Notes: generated from the sequence alone by a model not told the origin. Shown: positions 12,263-25,348, counted from the whole stretch's first letter. The stretch is 63,325 bases of DNA, filler included, from Octopus bimaculoides (GCF_001194135.2; 6 parts of 6 records of this genome joined end to end with filler, not necessarily neighbours in it); one strand, 5' to 3'. Made by a program: numbers and translations.

Positions 12263-12919
12263 AATCCTGACCTGGAGTCATTGTAAATGACTATAACCAT
12301 GTCCCTAAAACTGCTTGTCTTGTACTAGAATTTCAAAGAATTTTTTTAGCGATGTTGTTGAATTCATGTGCTTTGCCCCTAAAATTGATGGCTTTGTATC
12401 AAAGCGTGAAAGACTTCTTACTGCTGCTGATGAATTCATGTGCTTTTTAAGCTATGTAAATAATCAGTTACCCATTCCGCTACTTCGTGCATGTTGTCTT
12501 TGTGTTGTCCTCGGAGTTTTGGAGACTCTCATGGTCATCACAAGGTCCAGTCTTTGTTGAGCTATGGTCACCAATGAGCTTGAGAACTATGCCAGCTGAG
12601 TACAAGCTCAGCTGAGCCTCCCGTACGGGACAGATCAAAGGATAAGAACCAAACTAATATGGATCCTTTCTACCCTCGTGGAGGCGCGTGGCTTCTCTCT
12701 CTCTCTCTCTCTCTCCCTCTCTCTCTCCCCCTCTCTCTCTATCTCTCTCTCTCCTTTCTCGCTATTTTTCGTATATCAAATTCTTCCCATATAATATACT
12801 TATACATTTAAACAAGCATTACAACAATAAATGGAATGATAATCGTTAACTACAGCTACAACAGCAACAGTAACAACAACATCAATCATAACAATTGCAG
12901 TAACAACAACACCAGTAAA

Positions 12920-13113
12920 GGCCAGCAATTTCAGGGGAAAGGAGAGTCCAATATATCGACCTCAGTACTTGACTGGTACTTATTTTATCAAATACAATAG
13001 GATGAAAAGCAAAGTCGACCTCGGCGGGATTTGAAATCAAGACGTAAAGGGACACGAAATACCGCTAAACATTTTGCCCGGCATGCTAACGAGTCTGTCA
13101 ACTCGCCCGCCTT
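12920..13113 (-). mobile_element. SINE family A
   Basis: aggatgaaaagcaaagtcgacctcggcgggatttgaa...gctaacgagtctgtcaactcgcccgcctt. Confidence 0.75.
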
Positions 13114-13117
13114 TACG

Positions 13118-13150
<33 letters not shown>

Positions 13151-13152
13151 GC

Positions 13153-13203
<51 letters not shown>

Positions 13204-13229
13204 TGCAAAAATACAATCCCTTAAAATTT

Positions 13230-13371
13230 AAAATAGCAAGATTTTTGAATATGAAAACGGCAAAGGTTGTGCCTGTAAGAATTGGTGCATTGGTAACAGC
13301 AAACAAAGATATAGACAAATGGTTGAAGGAGATTGGAATAGAATGTCTTGTAAAGTTTCAACAGAAAGTTT
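13230..13371 (+). mobile_element. RLE-type LINE C-terminal fragment
   Basis: KVVPVRIGALVTANKDIDKWLKEIGIECLVKFQQKV resembles the VVPVVIGALG...LQK C-terminus of R4/Dong-like ORFs; ends at the spacer. Confidence 0.6.
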
Positions 13372-13471
13372 NNNNNNNNNNNNNNNNNNNNNNNNNNNNN
13401 NNNNNNNNNNNNNNNTTAATTAATTAANNNNNNNNNNNNNNNNNNNNNNNNNNNNNNNNNNNNNNNNNNNN
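13372..13471. other. Artificial 100-bp contig spacer (44N + TTAATTAATTAA + 44N)
   Basis: Identical structure at five sites; the 12-mer gives stop codons in all six frames. Confidence 0.95.
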
Positions 13472-13516
<45 letters not shown>

Positions 13517-13542
13517 ATGTATGTATATATAAAAATAAATAA

Positions 13543-14180
13543 TCATCATTATCATTATTTAACATCTATATTCTATACTTGCATGGGTTAGGTGGCTTGA
13601 CAGGATCTAATGAGTCAGAAGACTGCATTGGGCTCCAATGTCTACTTTGGCGTGGTTTTTATGGATGGATGCTCTTCCTAACACCAGCCATTTTACAGAG
13701 TGTACTAGGTACTTTACTTATGGTATTGGTAATAGTGAGATTGCTAAGTAAATTGTAAGACAAAAAAACTCAACTGAGTGGGAATGTAATACAGAGGGAG
13801 TTGACTTTGTCTGGTGTTGAGAGGCTAAAGTATGATAGAGTGACAGGAACAGATGACTTGCTGCAGTGGAGATATATAGCTACCTCAAATTATATGAGTG
13901 GGTGGGAGTAGTTAGAAAGTGTGATGAAGATGGTGGTGACAAGGTGTAAGAGCATACCCTCAAAATACAAGAAGGTGAATAGAAGAAAAAATAGGGACTA
14001 AGTCAGGAAGGGTTGGTAGTAAGTTCACAAGAGTGTGAGAGGAGCATGATTGATGGTTAGAGATGGAGGTAGAAGTTAAGGTAATGAATAGTGAACAAGG
14101 ATAGAGGGGTGGTTGATGGTATATATGAATTTTGAGGGACAGTAATAAGAAACAGAAATGACTCAGGAAGGATATCATCA
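13543..14180 (-). mobile_element. Family D retroelement (long form, RTE-like tail), diverged
   Basis: Tail catcattatcattatttaacatc...gcatgggttagg at 13545-13590; 13955-14160 is the inverted homolog of 14690-14865. Confidence 0.55.
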
Positions 14181-14589
14181 AGGCTCAGTTCTCTTGTCTC
14201 CTTTTGTTCATATTCCTCCAAGCCATAAAAACCATGCTATACCAGACATGGGAGCATGATGAAGTCTTCTGACTCATTGACATCCAACAAAATGCTATGA
14301 TGGCAGACAGACTTTAAAAGATGTAGATGATGATATATGTATATCAGCTGTTATCTACATCTTCTGCTTCTTCTACCGCTTTGATACCTTCTCATGTCTA
14401 ATACTTGTCCTTCTATTCACTATATGATAGCTGCCTATAAGACTAAGGATGGCAAGGGATATCACTGTACCATCCTTTCCATGTAGATGCTATAGGAGCT
14501 TTCTAACCCTTTCATCTCTGACATTCACCCTCTCTTCACTGTACCATGCTGTCTGTGTAATGAGGGATTGTATTAGACCTACCCATATT

Positions 14590-15250
14590 TCAATTCCTCA
14601 CCACCAATGTCCTTAACATTACTTCTGTTGCTCCTCCATACACTTTACCACCACCTTTTCTTTCTTGGACCACTTGTTACTGACATCAACTACTCAGTCT
14701 CACCGTTATCAGTTTCCATTATTGTCCATTACTCTTTGTCTCCCTTTACCACTCTCTCACATCAACCATTCCCCTTCCATTATACTCTTGCTTTCATCCA
14801 CTCATCCTAGTTCTTTGGTTATTGCGTTCTCTTCTATTCACCTTCTTGCTCATGTTGTTTTGAGTGAATGAATGCATCATAAAAGTAAGACTGAGGTTAT
14901 TCTCCTAGTACTGGTTCCACAATAAAATGTGCCTAGTATTCTTTGTAAAAAATGGTTGTTGAATGGATGGGGATGATGTGGGGTTGAGAGGATCTATTTG
15001 TCTTGTTGAGAGCATGGCAGTATCTCTAGTGTTGGTGGTACTTTGGTAAAATGCACCCAGCATGCACTATAAAGTAGCTGGCAGTTGGAAGGATATGCAA
15101 CTGTGGAAAGCAAACCAAAAACCTGAGCAAGATGTGGTTGTCTGACCCACCTAGAAGAGTAGTAACTCTGAATAAGAACTGACTTGGATTGTAATGATCT
15201 ATCTAACCCATGCCAGCATGGAAAGTTGACATAAACAGTGATGATTACAT
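14590..15250 (+). mobile_element. Family D retroelement (long form), head-to-head with the previous copy
   Basis: ttctcttctattcaccttcttg shared in inverted form with 13960-14000; tail acccatgccagcatggaaagttgacataaacagtgatgat. Confidence 0.55.
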
Positions 15251-15374
15251 TGTTGTGTAATGTGCATGCTAGCTGGTCAATTTCTTTTCCTGAAAAACCC
15301 AGTTTCGCCAGATTGTCACTTTAGCATTTATTAACAAAACCAAGTGCACCAATTATTAGTGGCAAAAATGGCCA

Positions 15375-15710
15375 TTGCCAGTACCGCCTGACTGGCCTTC
15401 GTAGGATTTTAGAGCGAGATCGTTGCCAGTGCCCTTGGACTGGCTCTTGTGCAGGTGGCACATAAAATACACCATTTTGAGCATGGCCGTTGCCAGTACC
15501 GCCTGACTGGCCTTCGTGCGGGTGACACGTAAAAGCACCCACTACACTCTCTGATTGGTTGGCGTTAGGAAGGGCATCCAGCTGTAGAAACTCTGCCAAA
15601 TTTAGATTGGAACCTGGTGTTGCCATCCGGTTTCACCAGTCCTCAGTCAAATCGTCCAACCCATTCAGCATGGAAAGCGGACGTTAAACGATGATGATGA
15701 TGATGATGAA
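15375..15710 (+). mobile_element. Family D SINE with internal tandem units and (GAT)n tail
   Basis: Three cgttgccagtaccgcctgactggcc-type units; ...aaatcgtccaacccattcagcatggaaagcggacgttaaacgatgatgatg. Confidence 0.8.
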
Positions 15711-15721
15711 TCTGAGTATAG

Positions 15722-17535
15722 AAAGTGAAGGCTTTGAAGTTGTCTATAAATATCCTCTTCTCTTTGATTTTCAAACAGATGCTCATATCAGTAGGGCGAC
15801 TGACCTCTATGACTGTACATGCTTTTTCTTGTCATTCTCAAACAACTATATCCAGCATGTTTGCAAGTAATAGTAGTTTTGATGGGAATGTTCCACCAAT
15901 ATTTTTTGTGTCAATGTATATGAATATATTAAATAACAGGAAAAGTCTCTACATTTATCCCAGAACAGACATTGCATTGTATATTGTCTGCGTTACAACA
16001 TCATGTTACGTTGAGAGGTAATACCTTGATAACATTTTTAGGCAACAGTTGACCACATGTATGATGTCTTCTACAGAAATGTGACATAATTGACATTTTC
16101 GGTTGCATCTTGAGTCTTCAAAGGCTCACTATTTCTTCTGTTCATTAGGTATTTTAAAGTAATCTGCTGCACTTGGATTGCAAACTCATAGCTTACAAAA
16201 TATGATGTAATGCAACAGTAGTGAGTCCAAGAAAGGCTGTACTTATGTTGATGGTGTCATTTTCGAAGCAGCAAGCTGGCAGAATCTTTAGTATTCCAGG
16301 CAAAATGCTTAGTGGCATTTCACCCATCTTTACATTCTGAGTTCAAATTCCAACAAGGTCAACTTTGACTTCCATCCTTTCAGGGTTAATAAAATAAGTA
16401 TCAGTTGAGCTTTGGGGTTGATGTAATTGACTCCCCCCACCTTTCCCTGAAATAGCTGGTCTTATGCCAACATTTGAAACCAATATTAGTGTTATCTTCA
16501 AGTCTTTGGAAAACATATAATCATACACATGTATAGTGTCTCTCTCTCTCTTTCTCTCTCTGATATGTTGGTTGAGCATTTAACATCTAGGTCTTCTTTG
16601 AGGTATGGCAGTCCAGCTGTTTTGGGGTTGTATGGGAAGTCAGGAAGAGAGTACTTCCTGAGGAGCTCATTACTGACATGTAGGATGTTCTCTTTGCTTA
16701 TGAAGTTAATATATTCATTTTTGCTGGTGTTGTTTAGCTATATGACATTCGAAGGCTGCCTGCACTAATCCCAAGCCCGTATTTCCATTGTTTCTTAGGT
16801 AGACCTTGTTGATATTGTTTCTGCTGAAGTTTCCAGTTGATATCAGGATCTTGTGGAGTTTAATGTCTATGGAGTGGATTTCCTCAATCAAATATCTCAA
16901 ATATTGGTTTCAGCACAAGTACTATAAATGTATTGTAGGATATTGTCTTGCTGTGAGACTTGAACTCCACCTGCTAAATTTTTCTAAATCTGGTGTAATA
17001 TTCTTGGGTTACTCTATCTTCGTTCACAGTATTTTCAGATGATAGATTTTCATCAATGCCTATGTGTTAGTAGCATTCTTTGTGTTGAACACGACATAAA
17101 GATGCATAGGTTTTGGGTTTAGAAGTCTGATTTTCTACATTCAATAATCAAATACAAAGACTTCTTTTTGGCCAAATTCCATTCCTATATCAGCTGAATA
17201 TGTTGATATTAACTCCAGCTGTCTTTTTGGCATTGTAAACATTTTTATCATAGGTTTTCAGGTCATCCACAAAGAAATTATGGGTTACATTGATATCTCT
17301 AGCAGTTGCTGACCCTAACATGTAACCATTGGATTTTTGTAAAAGAAATGATTATAGATTTAATGCCAAAATAAACAGAATTATAGAAAGACTATCTAAT
17401 TTGAATATTTCCATTGGGATATGAATAACATCAGAGACAATCATTCTGCTCCCAGGTGTAGCTGTAAGGATTGTTGTCAATGGTAGCAACTAATTTTAGT
17501 TTTAAAATAGTGTCTAAAATATTTATCACCAGCAG
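15722..17535 (-). mobile_element. Decayed RLE-clade LINE (R4/Dong-like): RT, CCHC knuckle, start of endonuclease; SINE A inserted at ~16250-16490
   Basis: Minus-strand translation DSLSIILFILALN, THNFFVDDLKTY, LYLRNNGNTGL, CQLCHISVEDIIHVVNCC (C-x2-C-x8-H-x4-C), WWNIPIKT; many stops and frameshifts. Confidence 0.85.
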
Positions 17536-17984
17536 GCATTTTATCCAGTGGTCACATGAGTGACCACTGGTGATGAACACTGGTTTCAGTTGGTCAAATT
17601 AGTACATCTTAGAGAATCTTTTATTTCAATCCTTGAAAAAAGAAGTTTATGAATCTATATGCTAAAAAATGTGACCCATTCCCTCTTTACTTTGTCTATA
17701 CATACTGAACCAAATGTAAGTTTTTTTTTCTCATATTTATGTTAATATCACACATCATCTCAAAAGCTGTATGTATTTATTTAGACAATTCCTATCTGTT
17801 CTCACTCTAAGGACTCTTACTTAGTTGGACTGTATATTTACCAGGTAGATGACTTTTTCCCCATGTATCTCTGCACACAAACTTTGCTAACACCTGATAA
17901 TATTTCCTTTTACACTGTATTAACTCCTTTATCCATTTACCTTGCCCTACAATAACCCTTCAGCTTTTAAACTGGCCATGCATT

Positions 17985-18385
17985 CATACATACATGTATT
18001 GTAATGGAAGGCAGCTGTCCTGCTGATGTGAAGATCTCTTTGAAAATCAAAGAGAAGAAAAATAACTATGGACAACTGCTTTGAAGCCTCCAGCTTCTAT
18101 ATCCAGATTACAACATTACATTTATACCAATAACAATTGGAGGACTTGGTTTTGTAAGTACATGCTTAACTGTCAGTCTGGATAAGCTTGGATTTTCAGG
18201 AAAAAAAGTCAGTCAACTGATTCACATATTGCAAATACAATTTGTAAGTGGAACAGTAAAACTATGCAAGACTTTTTTCGGGTTTAGAATGTGATATTGT
18301 TTTCCTTATCTATATTCCAAAGATGGAGCTTTGTATCTTTGTCAGAAACCAGCTCCTTGTTCAGAGGAAGAATTTAAATGATTAA
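17985..18385 (+). mobile_element. 3' end of the same RLE LINE family (endonuclease region plus 3' UTR)
   Basis: SCPADVKISLKIKEKKNNYGQLL...FIPITIGGLGFV...GTVKLCKTFFGFRM*; UTR aaagatggagctttgtatctttgtcagaaacc matches the reverse complement of 55480-55560. Confidence 0.8.
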
Positions 18386-18669
18386 ATACAGGAGTGAGAG
18401 AGAAAGAGATAGAGAGAGAGACACACACACACACACAGACAGACAGTCAGTCAGTCAATCACTCAATCAATTACTAGTGTATGTAATCATCGTTTTATGT
18501 CATTTTCCATGCTGGGATTGGTTAGATCATTACAGTCTAAGTCATTTACTACTTTTCTAGGTGGGTCAGACAACCTTGTCTTGCTCGTGTTTTTGGCTTG
18601 GTTTCTTCAGTTGCATATCCTTCCTATTGCCTGCTACCTTACAGTGTGTACTAATTGCATTTTACCAAT

Positions 18670-18835
18670 GCCCAAACAAATACAATTTCTAAGCAGAACA
18701 GTAAAAATATGTGAAATTTTTCTCAAGTTCAACATGTGACATTGTTTTTGCTATCTATATTCCAATGATGGAGCTTTTGTTTCTTTGTTAGAATCCAGCT
18801 CCTTCTGTACAGGAAGACATCAAATAATTAAAAAT
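18670..18835 (+). mobile_element. Second, strongly 5'-truncated 3' end of the RLE LINE
   Basis: aaatacaatttctaagcagaacagtaaaaatatgtg...gatggagcttttgtttctttgttagaatccagctcc repeats 18232-18385. Confidence 0.7.
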
Positions 18836-20058
18836 GAATGTAAGGATAAATGGTTTCTATCTTCCCAGTATCACTTGTAAGGCATTGTAGCTACAGAAGA
18901 TATTTGTCCATGGTGCCTATTAGGGAAATTAAATCTAAAACATGTGGTTTCAAAGTAAGTTGCTTAATCATATAGCTATTCCTTGCTGTATGGCATTATT
19001 TACATGTGGAAAGGCTGGTAGATTGGCAGAACCACTTGAGTGTTTAAGAAGATACTTTGCAGTATTTTATGTCTCTTTATTTACAGTTTGCGTTCAAATT
19101 CCACCAGTCAGCTTTGCTTACAACCCTCTGGAACTGATAAAATAAAATTACCTATCAAGTACTAGAATCAATAGTATTGGCAACTAATGACCTCTCCTTT
19201 CAAAATTGCTGGCCTTAGTGCCTGAGTCAGAAATTATTATCTTGTTTGTATGTCTCAGTGTATTAGAATCAATTGTATTTTGGTGGTAAAATAAATGTTT
19301 TAATCTCCTTTAATTACTTTTCAAAAAGTCAAAATAGCTTGAAATGAATTAGCTGAAGCCATTTCTGTATTAATTACTGTGAGAATTAATTCTTAGAGCT
19401 GGGGACAAATTTTTCTCATGGGATTTTGTTTCTTTTCTTTCTTTTTGTTGTTAGGTTCCAAGCACTAAACTAAAATCTGTATAAAGGATGCAGAGTGTAA
19501 AAAAAAAAATAACTACAACCAAACTAGATTCTTTACATTATCTATTTCAGTGTAATTTTTTTTATATTTGTGGCTCCAAATTAGTTCTAATTGAGCTGAC
19601 TTGTGATTAAAGGTATTTAGACTATTATCATTCCATTTCTTTTATTTATTATTTTTATATTCTTTTAGGAATGGTGTACCCCTAATTACATAATCCACTG
19701 TTCTTTTTTTTTAAATGGTGGTGTGTTGTTTGAGATAATTTTGGTTACTATTTTTTACAGCTCAAGTGACCATTTAGGGGGCTCTAGATTTGACTTTATT
19801 TTTTCCTATATTAAATCTAATGGTAGACTAGATAATTAGAACAACAACAAGGAGATATCAGTTAACTCCTTTATTTTGTCAGTAAAGACTTTGTTGTTTA
19901 AAACTAGTGAAGCAGTCAAATAGTTTTTTGTTTAAAGTTATTTAAGTAATTACATCTTATTTTCTATTGCTGAGCATTTATTTTGTTTCACTATTCATAA
20001 GAGGAAACCAAGAATACTCACGATCATTATAATATTTCAAAATATAAAAAAAAATATA

Positions 20059-20430
20059 TCTTTTACTTGTTTCAGTCATTGGACTTGCAGCCATGGTGGT
20101 GCACTCTTTGCAAGGTTTTATCTTTAAAATTGACTCCTAGTACTTATTTTTAAGTCTGGCACTTAGTCTATAGGTCTCTGTGACTGTCAAGTTACAGATA
20201 TGTAAACAAACCAACACTGAATGTCAAGTGGAGTTGGGACACAAATGCAAATACAATGGCATGCACATGCATATACTATGGGCTTTTTTCAGTTTCTGTC
20301 TTCCAAATCCATTCACAAGGTTTTGGTCTGCCTAAGGCTATAGTAGAAGATGACTGCCCAAAGTGCCATGCAGTGGGACTGAACTCAGAACCATGTGGTT
20401 GGGAAGCAAGCTTCTTAACCACCCCTATTT
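20059..20430 (-). mobile_element. SINE family B, CpG-eroded
   Basis: Same block order as 8639-9001 with CG changed to TG/CA (atgccatgcagtgggactgaactcagaacc). Confidence 0.75.
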
Positions 20431-21645
20431 CTACATGTTTCAGTTAATTTTGAAAATAAGAATTTTGACAGTAAGCAGAATTAAAAGTGAAAAAATTTGT
20501 ATTAATATGCACGTAAACAGGAATCATTCCCAATGATTTTCAATCTATTTGCATCTTTTTCTCTTTTTAAGTTCACAGAATTTTGTGTTGCAACATGTTT
20601 TACAAAATATTAATATGGTGATGAAGTAATGCAGCAAGCTGGCTGAATTGTTAGCATGCTGGACAAAATGCTTAGCAGCATTTTGTCCATGTTCAGAGTA
20701 ATTGACTTACCCCTCCCCTAAATTTGCTGGCCTTATGCTAAAATTTGAAACTAATATGATTAAGTGAAAACCGAGAAGTAAATATAAATTCAAAACATTA
20801 GTTAGTGTTTTAACTTCCTAAATTATTAAAATTCATAACTTATTTTAAACTGAAGTTCTTACTTGAAATTATAGTAGGTTTTAATATAATATAAGCATTT
20901 TAAATCAGCAGGTATTGTGTCACAGAACACAAGTAGGATGTCAAAATACTAATAACCCTTTCAATAAATGATTACCAATTTACACATTTAAAAATATTTT
21001 TTTAACATTTCAGAGAGTTCTCGTAGCTTTGTTTTGTCTTTCTCTTCTTTCTTTGTATGTTTTTGGTCTTGAAGTTTCAAAGTACCTTGGTTAATAATAA
21101 CCGTTTTTGATTCCCAAGTGCTAGTATGTAAGCAAATGAGCTGAGAGCACATTCCAGTTTTCAGTTATTTAATTTCTAATCATCATCATTCAACATCCCT
21201 TTTTCCATACTGGCATGTGTTGGATGGTTTGATCAGAACAAATGAGCCAGAGCACTGAATCAGGTTCTATGTCTTTGCATTGAATGCTTTGGCATTATCT
21301 TTACAGCTGGATGTCCTTCCTAATGCCAACCACTTTACAGCACCAGTGAAGTCACCAAATACTCACAAGACAAGACCCCTCGACTGAGTACTGTATAGAA
21401 TGGAGGGATAAGAAACTAATAGAGAGAAAGAAGTTGGTGTCATAACTCCCATATTCCTATTTCTTGAAGGTCAATTGGGTTAATTAACCATTGATTAATC
21501 TTGCTAACTGCAATCAGTTAAGCATGAAAATCAGAATTAGTTTCACTATTACCTCAACCTGTTCTTGTGAATGGTTACAATGATGAAATAAAATCTTTCT
21601 TGAAAGCAGCAAACCCTATAAACTGTTCTGATGTTAATGAAACCT

Positions 21646-22013
21646 GTTGGCACTCCGTCGCTTGCGATGTCAAGGGTTCCAGTTGATCCGATCAACGGAG
21701 CAGCCTGCTCATGAAATTAACGTGCAAGTGGCTGAGCACTCCACAGACATGTGTACCCATAACATAGTTCTCGGGGATATTCAGTGTGACAAGGCTGACC
21801 CTTTGAACTACAGGCACAACAGAAACAGGAAGTAAGAGTAAGAGAAAGTTGTGGTGAAAGAGTACAGCAGGGTTTGCCACCATCCCCTGCCAGAGCCTCG
21901 TGGAGCTTTAGGTGTTTTCGCTCAATAAACACAATGCCCGGTCTGGGAATCGAAACCGTGATCCTATGACCGTGAGTCCGCTACCCTAACCACTGGGCCA
22001 TTGCGCCTCCACA
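21646..22013 (-). mobile_element. SINE family C with 12-bp target-site duplication
   Basis: TSD ttaatgaaacct at 21634-21645 and 22014-22025; reverse complement of 24247-24632. Confidence 0.9.
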
Positions 22014-23536
22014 TTAATGAAACCTATGTAGCTAGTAAATAGCAAGTTTTCCTTTATGTGCGGAAACCAATTCTGGTTTACCTGATTTCTGAAGAAAATA
22101 ATAGAAGGGAAAAACATTGAATAAATTAGAACCAGTGTTTTGAAAGAGTTTACATTCATTCATACTCGATGCTGTAAGCAGCTGTGAGTATAATTGTTTT
22201 AAATGTACCTTCCTAGTTTCTGTATTTTTTTTTGAGTTTACTTTTTGAAAAAGAGTTATTATATACCATCCTCAGTTTGTGATAGCATATCAGTTTTACA
22301 TGGATGCTAAAATTGAGTAAATAATAAATACCTTCTAAAATTGTAAACTATTCTAAATTAGGCAGCTTTTGTTTAATATCTTTAAAATCACCTATTTTGA
22401 TTTTAGCGAAAGAATTGGTATTATCAATAGAAGCTCTGTTTGATGGTTACATAGTAGATTTTGTTCTAAAATAATTCAGAGCACTCAGTGTTAATTCAGA
22501 TTTCTCCAATTAGATTTTTCATGAAGAGATTTCAAATTGAATGTAAGACAAATAGAGTTACTAATCTTAAAGTCTCTCTGTTAAGTGCTATTTAGACAAT
22601 TTATTGTCTTTATCCTTATTTAGAAAAACGTTTCAGTCTGAGGTATTCAACTGCCTTGGCAGTTATGAATTTTAATAATTTACGAAATTAGAATTCTAAG
22701 TAATGTCTTTAATTCATAGTTTTGTTTCACTTATTGGTTTTTATTGATCTTTTATCTCTTACTTGTTTCAGTCATTGGACTGCAACCATGCTGGGGCATC
22801 GCCTTGCTGAACTGCTAAGTTATAAAGAATGTAAATAAACCAACACTGGTTGTCAAACCGATGAGAGACAAACACAAAGGCAAATACACACACACACACA
22901 CACACACACAACTGGCTGCTTTCAGTTTCCAACTACCAAATCTGCTCGGGGCTTTGATTCCCCACCCCCAAGTTATTGTAGAAGTCACTTGCCTAAGTTG
23001 CCATGCAGTAGGACTGAACCTGAAACCATATTTTGTTGCAGTACATGATTTTGTGTTAAAAAGTGAAGTTGGAGCTGCAAGCAGTTTGAAAAGCATTGAA
23101 AATAATTCCTGTTTAAGTGTATATTGATACAAATCTTTTAACTCCTAATTAATGTTTAAAAAAAATTCTTTTCACTACTTAAAGTGAAGTAATTTCAATG
23201 GAAAAATATTTCAAATTGAGGGTAATTTATGTTGTAAAACTTGTTTCAATACCGTTTTCTTTCCTTGTTACAATGACTATTATATTTTCTGTGTTTCTCA
23301 TAGGGGGTGGTAGTGGTACTGTGATGATCAAAAAGGTGTTGGACAAATTGCCATGTTTAATAAAATGAGAATGGTTTTAACCCTTTTGATGCCATGTTTG
23401 AGACTGACTCTGATATAAACTTCTTCTTTTAAAATGATCTAATGACTGAAACAAGTAAAAGATAAAAGATAATATTTTATTTATTTGTTCATGGAGGCTT
23501 GATATTGTCTATTTAAGTATCATATTTAAGACAATA

Positions 23537-23903
23537 CTCTTTTACTTGTTTCAGTCATTTGACTGTGGCCATGCTGGAGCAGCGCCGTTTAGTCAAGCTA
23601 ATCGACCCCAGGACTTATTCTTTGTAAGCCTAGTACTTATTCTATTGGTCTCTTTAGCCGAACCGCTAAGTTACGGGGATGTAAACACACCAGCATCGGT
23701 TGTCAAGCGATGTTGGAGGGACATACATATACATATATACGACAGGCTTCTTTCAGTTTCCGTCTACCAAATCCACTCACAAGGCTTTGGTCGGTCCGAG
23801 GCTATAGTAGAAGACACTTGCCCAAGGTGCCACGCAGTGGGACTGAACCCGGAACCATGTGGTTGGTAAGCAAGCTACTTGCCACACAGCCACTCCTACG
23901 CCT
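23537..23903 (-). mobile_element. SINE family B, full length
   Basis: Closely similar to 8639-9001. Confidence 0.85.
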
Positions 23904-24246
23904 TAGAATATTTTTTTAACGTTTTGCTTTCACTTTTCCATTTTCAAACAGATCATTACATAAATTTTAATTATTTTTCAGTTTGCTGGTTTACATGAAC
24001 GAACATGCAACCCAAGATGCATTGGTTATAGGGGTAAATCAGTCAGAAAACCCCTTCAGGGACCAGAAGAGTTGTATTATATTATGAGCTGAATATCAAA
24101 ATCTAGAGATGCATTTGTGTAAGTATTTTTTAATGTTATACTTTCATCATCATCATTTTACATCTGTTTTTCTATGTTGGTATGAGTGGGATAAAGCTAC
24201 TCCAGCTTTGTTCTGTTGTGGTCCTTTGTCATTAGCTACACATAAC

Positions 24247-24632
24247 TGTGGAGGCGCAATGGCCCAGTGGTTAGGGCAGCGGACTCGCGGTCATAAGATC
24301 GCGGTTTCGATTCCTAGACCGGGCGTTGTGAGTGTTTATTGAGTGAAAACACCTAAAGCTCCACGAAGCTCCGGCAGGGGATGGTGGCGAACCCTGCTGT
24401 ACTCTTTCACCACAACTTTCTCTCACTCTTACTTCCTGTTTCTGTTGTGCCTGTAATTCAGAGGGTCAGCCTTGTCACACTGTGTCACGCTGAATATCCC
24501 TGAGAACTACGTTAAGGGTACACGTGTCTGTGGAGTGCTCAGCCACTTGCACGTTAATTTCACGAGCAGGTTGTTCCGTTAATCGAATCAACTGGAACCC
24601 TTGGTGTCGTGAGCGACGGAGTGCCAACAACA
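24247..24632 (+). mobile_element. SINE family C, full length (tRNA-like head)
   Basis: ggaggcgcaatggcccagtggttagggcagcggactcgcggtc...gtttcgattcc; flanked by cacataac/cacatgac imperfect TSD. Confidence 0.9.
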
Positions 24633-25348
24633 CATGACTACAAAGAAAACCAATAATTTTTCTTGTGTATGTCATCATTTTTGGTGTTTTTTTTTTTGTA
24701 CGGTTGAATTATATTATATTTTTTGTGGGGTTGAATTATATTATCTACCTATGGTTTTGTATATTATCATTAATGAAAACATTAGTAAATGTTAAAAAGT
24801 GGGTAAAAGAAAATGAATTCCTTAGATCAGTCTCTCTGGCTTGTATGGTTTACCCTTTTACTATGGAAATCAGATGTATCCACTCAAAATTTCATTACTC
24901 TTAGCTGTAGAAAGCAGTCTATTTTTTGTCGACGAATGTCATGTTTGAAACTATTTTTTGTTGAAATATCTCAAATTTATTGAGGCAACATGACTTGCAG
25001 AAAATATCAATTCTATTTTTTGGTTGATATTCAACATCGTTACTGGAATAACCATGAAATTTATTTACACAGTTAAAGAGTTAAGAGTGTTAAATCTGAA
25101 ATATAAGGAAACTGTTTATGGTCTATCATTGGCTCCAATTATTTTATTAGAGAACTTTTGGTAGAGTCTGTGTATGGGAGGTGAAGAATTTAATTCTTTG
25201 GGATCTTTCCTTTTGTCTGAGACTGACAAATGGAGAAAGATTATTACCTAGGTTGTAAGCATTCTTCAGTAGTATGCTGAGAAAAACTGTAATGTCAGTG
25301 ATGGTAGTGATAATTATAAATCAGTTTTTGTTTGTTTTCTATTTTCAG

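Noticed and set aside
15375-15530. Short tandem direct repeats resembling a CRISPR array
   Set aside because: Eukaryotic SINE-internal units, also present at 61298-61420; no unique spacers or cas genes
17545-17570. Perfect 11-bp hairpin ccagtggtcac-atga-gtgaccactgg
   Set aside because: Isolated; no context to assign a function, and probably a repeat remnant
21014-21128. Plus-strand exon with strong acceptor and the GTAAGC donor at 21129
   Set aside because: Stops in all three frames at this length; only usable as UTR or with weaker internal donors
22083-22089. 7-nt minus-strand microexon candidate (ttttcttcag|AAATCAG|gtaaac)
   Set aside because: No supported flanking exons to place it; chance occurrence is plausible in AT-rich DNA
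24247-24325. tRNA-like sequence with A and B boxes
   Set aside because: It is the head of SINE family C, continues into the SINE body and has an inverted copy at 21646-22013; not a tRNA gene
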